DNA from: a virus
Lineage: Duplodnaviria > Caudoviricetes
Virus record (IMG/VR): IMGVR_UViG_3300005512_000068
Span: 1 to 45,853 of that record
Direction: 5' to 3' (one strand)
Length of the DNA: 45,853 nt
Part shown: in pieces, positions 42,450-45,853 of the stretch
How positions within the stretch are numbered: position 1 is the first letter of the stretch
How the letters are laid out: the number at the start of each line of letters is the position of its first letter
Position numbers and translations under genes: made by a program
Notes under the pieces: model-generated
The model's database searches: none
What the model was told of the DNA's origin: nothing
The model's input: only the letters and a program-made list of their open reading frames with translations

Positions 42450-43828
42450 TGGTTAATCTTATCTCTCGCACTGGACGAGTGCAGTCCTGGATGGACGATC
42501 CCACCTCACGTTTACCTGTTTCATGCACTGTCTTTGTTGTGGAAGATAGTATGGAAGGTAGTGATGGTATTGAAGCCAGCTGGCGCTTTGTATCCCATGC
42601 TTTGAGGCATGGAGCAGGCGTAGCTGTGCACCTATCAAACCTCCGACCAAAAGGTACGGTGACAACAAAAGGAAACGATGAACTGGTAGCCAGTGGCCCT
42701 GTTTCCTTCGGTAAAATCTACTCTACGTTGAATGAAATCCTGCGTAGAGGCGGAACCTATCGGAATGGTGCTTGCGTTTTGCACCTCGACATTGACCACC
42801 CTGATTCACTTGAATTTATTCAAACTCCACGACATGAACTGCCTTGGGTCAAACGCTGTATCAATCTCACTGAAGAATCCTGGGAAGAATACCCACACAA
42901 AGAAGAACTCTTACAAGGGATTCGGAAAGGAGACATCTGGCTGAATAAAATCAGGTATGACAAAGATGGAAAACGAATCAGAGGAAACGTATGCCTGGAG
43001 GTATATCTGCCCTCACGCGGAACATGCTTGCTCCAACACGTTAATCTCGCTTCCTGCAACGCGGACGACATCCCTTACGCTTTCGTTAACGGTATGTCAG
43101 AACTGTGCGCTCTCCATCCAACAACAGGTGTCGGCGCAAGTGGAGAATATCTTGATCCATCAATCGACAAACAAGTCGGATTGGGAGTCTTAGGGCTTGC
43201 CAATCTTTTGCGTCGGTATGACGTTACTTATGAGCAATTCGGTAAGGCATTAGAACATGTTAATACTGAACGTGTTGATAACAGTCCTGCTAGTGTTCTT
43301 GCTAATCAGATGCGAGCAGGAATTGAACAAGCTGCGGAAGTAGCTAGGAGTCACAAGATGGTGCGAGCTTTTGCTATCGCTCCTACTGCCTCTTGTAGCT
43401 ACCGCAGCACTGATCTCGATGGGTACACAGCCTGTCCTGAGATCGCACCACCCATCGGACGCACGGTTGATCGCGATAGCGGTACCTTCGGTGTCCAAAC
43501 CTTTGACTATGGCGATGTAGAGATTGCCAGTGAAGTTGGTTGGGAGAACTACAAACGAGTAGCCGACCAGCTCATGATTATGCTTGACAAAACAGGACTT
43601 CTTCACGGATACAGCTTCAACTCTTGGAGTGATGTTGTGACCTATGACAATGCGTTCATTGAAGAGTGGCTTAAGTCTCCTCAAACAAGCTTGTATTACT
43701 CGCTCCAAGTGATGGGTGACGTGCAAGACAAGAGTGATGCATACGCTGCACTCGAACAGTCTGATGTAGACGATTACCTTTCACATTTGCTGGAGACTAA
43801 AGAACCTCAATGTGATTGCGCAGAATGA
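42449..43828 (+). CDS. nrdA: Ribonucleotide reductase large subunit (compact cyanopodovirus class I type)
   Basis: PVSCTV, GNVCLEV, VGLGVLGLA, IAPTASCS, SLYY and C-terminal CDC; followed by a ferritin-like beta gene. Confidence 0.9.
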   Translation: MVNLISRTGRVQSWMDDPTSRLPVSCTVFVVEDSMEGSDGIEASWRFVSHALRHGAGVAVHLSNLRPKGTVTTKGNDELVASGPVSFGKIYSTLNEILRRGGTYRNGACVLHLDIDHPDSLEFIQTPRHELPWVKRCINLTEESWEEYPHKEELLQGIRKGDIWLNKIRYDKDGKRIRGNVCLEVYLPSRGTCLLQHVNLASCNADDIPYAFVNGMSELCALHPTTGVGASGEYLDPSIDKQVGLGVLGLANLLRRYDVTYEQFGKALEHVNTERVDNSPASVLANQMRAGIEQAAEVARSHKMVRAFAIAPTASCSYRSTDLDGYTACPEIAPPIGRTVDRDSGTFGVQTFDYGDVEIASEVGWENYKRVADQLMIMLDKTGLLHGYSFNSWSDVVTYDNAFIEEWLKSPQTSLYYSLQVMGDVQDKSDAYAALEQSDVDDYLSHLLETKEPQCDCAE

Positions 43829-44541
43829 CTCCTTATGACAAACTTATTGCGCGTAAGCGTAAGTGGACGCCAGTTCAAACTACAGCTGGCAAACTGAAAG
43901 AAGGCGCGGAAGAGACAGTCTTCCGTGCACTTGCCCTTAGGAATCTTGAGCTACCAGTAGGTGGATTTATCACTGCTGGTCTTAAGGGCGAAGTACCTGA
44001 AGCAGCTCAAGAAATCCTATTAATGAACGTACTAGATGAGGAAAACCATGACAGAGCACTTGGTTATGCAGCACGAGCGATCGGTACTGATTCAAAAGCT
44101 GAAGCGGAAGCAGATGCTCTTAGACAAGCTTGGGAAGATCACCCGGACCATACCGTATGCAAAGCAATGGTATTGGAGAGAAGCATCTTCTTTGTCCTCC
44201 TCCCGTTCTTTCGCTTCTGCGGAGACGCTGGACTGAGGACAATTTCCGCAGATATCAGCCGAGATGAACAAATTCACGTTGCCACGAACACTTTGGTGTG
44301 CAAAGAACTAGGCATCGATTACTCTCCGTCGCTCGATAAGTTGCGTAAGGCAACTATCTCTTGGGTTATGCAACCGCTCAAAGAACATAACACCGATAGA
44401 TTTTTAAGTAAAAAATTTTGGATGGATTCCAGCGATCGTCTGATGTATGAAGGCAAAGCGCCTGAACTTTCTCAGACACGATCAGCTCGTATGCCATCGT
44501 TCTTTGAGCACAGCAATGTAAACCTCCCACAATATGCATGA
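43825..44541 (+). CDS. nrdB: Ribonucleotide reductase small subunit (ferritin-like)
   Basis: DEENHD and DISRDEQIH metal-binding motifs; C-terminal Tyr; ATGA coupling to alpha. Confidence 0.85.
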   Translation: MTPYDKLIARKRKWTPVQTTAGKLKEGAEETVFRALALRNLELPVGGFITAGLKGEVPEAAQEILLMNVLDEENHDRALGYAARAIGTDSKAEAEADALRQAWEDHPDHTVCKAMVLERSIFFVLLPFFRFCGDAGLRTISADISRDEQIHVATNTLVCKELGIDYSPSLDKLRKATISWVMQPLKEHNTDRFLSKKFWMDSSDRLMYEGKAPELSQTRSARMPSFFEHSNVNLPQYA

Positions 44542-44713
44542 AGTCAAACTGATTGAGGCTTTTGGGATTCAAGCCCATGCAATTATCAATGAGTTAGATG
44601 AATTGTTCCCACCCACAAACCCTGGTCCTGGCGACACGATCTCTACGATTATGTATAGGTCTGGTCAGCGATCAGTTATTGAATGGATACACAATCGTCT
44701 TAAGGAAGAATAA
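44534..44713 (+). CDS. Small hypothetical protein (59 aa; not in ORF track)
   Basis: ELDELFPPTNPGP..IMYRSGQRSVIEWI, a motif recalled from pre-portal ORFs of T7-like phages. Confidence 0.75.
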   Translation: MHEVKLIEAFGIQAHAIINELDELFPPTNPGPGDTISTIMYRSGQRSVIEWIHNRLKEE

Positions 44714-44715
44714 CT

Positions 44716-45009
44716 ATGTGTGGACGACGCCGCCGCCGCCGCAGGCCACCACCGCCTCCGCCGCCGCAGCAACCTCAATATCAAGCACCTCCACCGCCGC
44801 CTCCTCCGCCTCCAGCACCTGCACCTCCACCGCCTCCACGGCGTGTAGAGAACTTGGTTACTGATGAAGGTGGTACAACCTTTAAGCCTGGCAAGAAGCG
44901 TAAGAAAGATCGTGGACAACTAGCTAAAGGTAGTGGTCAGCTTCGGATCCCTAGGACTGGTACAAACCTGTCCGGTGGAACCGGTGGCGGTACCGGAGTT
45001 GCTACCTAA
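44716..45009 (+). CDS. Arg/Pro-rich small virion-associated protein (T7 gp6.7/7.3 position)
   Basis: MC start, poly-Pro, K/R cluster, QLRI, Gly-rich end; TAATG-coupled to portal. Confidence 0.7.
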   Translation: MCGRRRRRRRPPPPPPPQQPQYQAPPPPPPPPPAPAPPPPPRRVENLVTDEGGTTFKPGKKRKKDRGQLAKGSGQLRIPRTGTNLSGGTGGGTGVAT

Positions 45010-45853
45010 TGAAAGCAAGAGAGCGGTACCAACAATTACGTGGCAACAGATCTCAGTTCCTGGATGTTGCTAAAGAATGTAGCCGTCTCACTCTTCCGTA
45101 CTTAATCCATGATGATGAGGATTCACGTCAGAGCCATCGTGTTCTGAAGACTCCTTGGCAATCCGTTGGAGCAAAGGCAGTGACTAACCTTGCATCTAAA
45201 TTGATGCTTGCGTTGCTGCCTCCACAAACATCATTCTTCAAGCTGCAAGTCAGAGATGACAAGCTTGGAGAGATGTTTGATCCACAAGTTAAGTCGGAAT
45301 TGGAATTGTCATTCTCTAAGATTGAGAGAATGATTATGGATCATATCAATGCCTCTAGTGATCGAGTAGTTGTACACCAAGCAGTCAAGAATTTGATTGT
45401 TGCTGGTAATGCACTACTGTTCTACGGCAAGACTGGTCTGAAGCATTTCCCTCTCAACCGATACGTGCTTAATCGCGACGGTGATGGGAATGTACTTGAG
45501 ATTGTTACTAAGGAACTTATAAGCCGAAAGGTACTGGGTCGTGATCTGCCCTTGCCTCCTGTCAATCGCCCTGGCGATGAAGGACCTAACTCAGGATCAC
45601 CGGATGATGACGTTGAGGTGTACACCTACGTCAAATTGGATGAGGAAAGTGGGCGCTGGACCTGGCATCAGGAAGTATTCGGAATGATTATTCCTAACAG
45701 CCGTAGCACAGCTCCTAAGAACACCTCTCCATGGTTACCTCTCCGCTTCAATACTGTTGACGGTGAGGATTACGGTCGTGGCAGAGTCGAAGAGTTTCTA
45801 GGTGATCTCAAATCCCTAGAGGCACTGTCTCAAGCACTGGTAGAAGGCTCAGC
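45009..45853 (+). CDS. Portal / head-tail connector, N-terminal part (runs off the window end)
   Basis: MKARERYQQL..LTLPYL..WQSVGAKAVTNLASKLMLALLPPQTSFFKL. Confidence 0.95.
   Translation, partial: MKARERYQQLRGNRSQFLDVAKECSRLTLPYLIHDDEDSRQSHRVLKTPWQSVGAKAVTNLASKLMLALLPPQTSFFKLQVRDDKLGEMFDPQVKSELELSFSKIERMIMDHINASSDRVVVHQAVKNLIVAGNALLFYGKTGLKHFPLNRYVLNRDGDGNVLEIVTKELISRKVLGRDLPLPPVNRPGDEGPNSGSPDDDVEVYTYVKLDEESGRWTWHQEVFGMIIPNSRSTAPKNTSPWLPLRFNTVDGEDYGRGRVEEFLGDLKSLEALSQALVEGS
45731..45853. repeat. Terminal duplication, identical to 1-123
   Basis: Direct sequence identity. Confidence 0.95.

Overview
This window is an apparently complete, circularly permuted genome of a T7-like (Autographiviridae-type) marine cyanopodovirus. 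Essentially all genes lie on the + strand. The first and last 123 nt are identical and fall inside the portal gene, so they look like an assembly overlap. The physical ends probably lie in the non-coding stretch at about 28.7-29.0 kb. Gene order from there: structured early leader and small early genes, RHH and MarR-like regulators, tyrosine integrase with a tRNA-Leu(GAG) attP, single-subunit RNA polymerase, SSB, endonuclease I, primase-helicase, split DNA polymerase, exonuclease, NblA-like protein, DUF3310, MazG-like protein, class I RNR, portal, scaffold, psbA, small beta-barrel protein, capsid, tail tube A/B, internal virion proteins, tail fibre with three paralogous tip proteins, membrane-protein cassette, TerS, HNH cluster, TerL. 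NblA and D1-Glu130 suggest a phycobilisome-bearing Synechococcus-type host (inference). The most interesting signals are non-coding. (1) A glutamine-II (Downstream-peptide) riboswitch, a 16-aa YRG peptide, a tRNA-like minihelix and a structured leader are stacked directly before the major capsid gene. (2) An exact 20-bp repeat, probably the phage RNAP promoter, has one copy inside the RNAP gene. (3) A 14-bp intergenic motif occurs seven times and is a candidate operator. (4) A roughly 400-nt highly structured early leader RNA is present. All calls come from reading motifs by eye; no database searches or folding programs were run.
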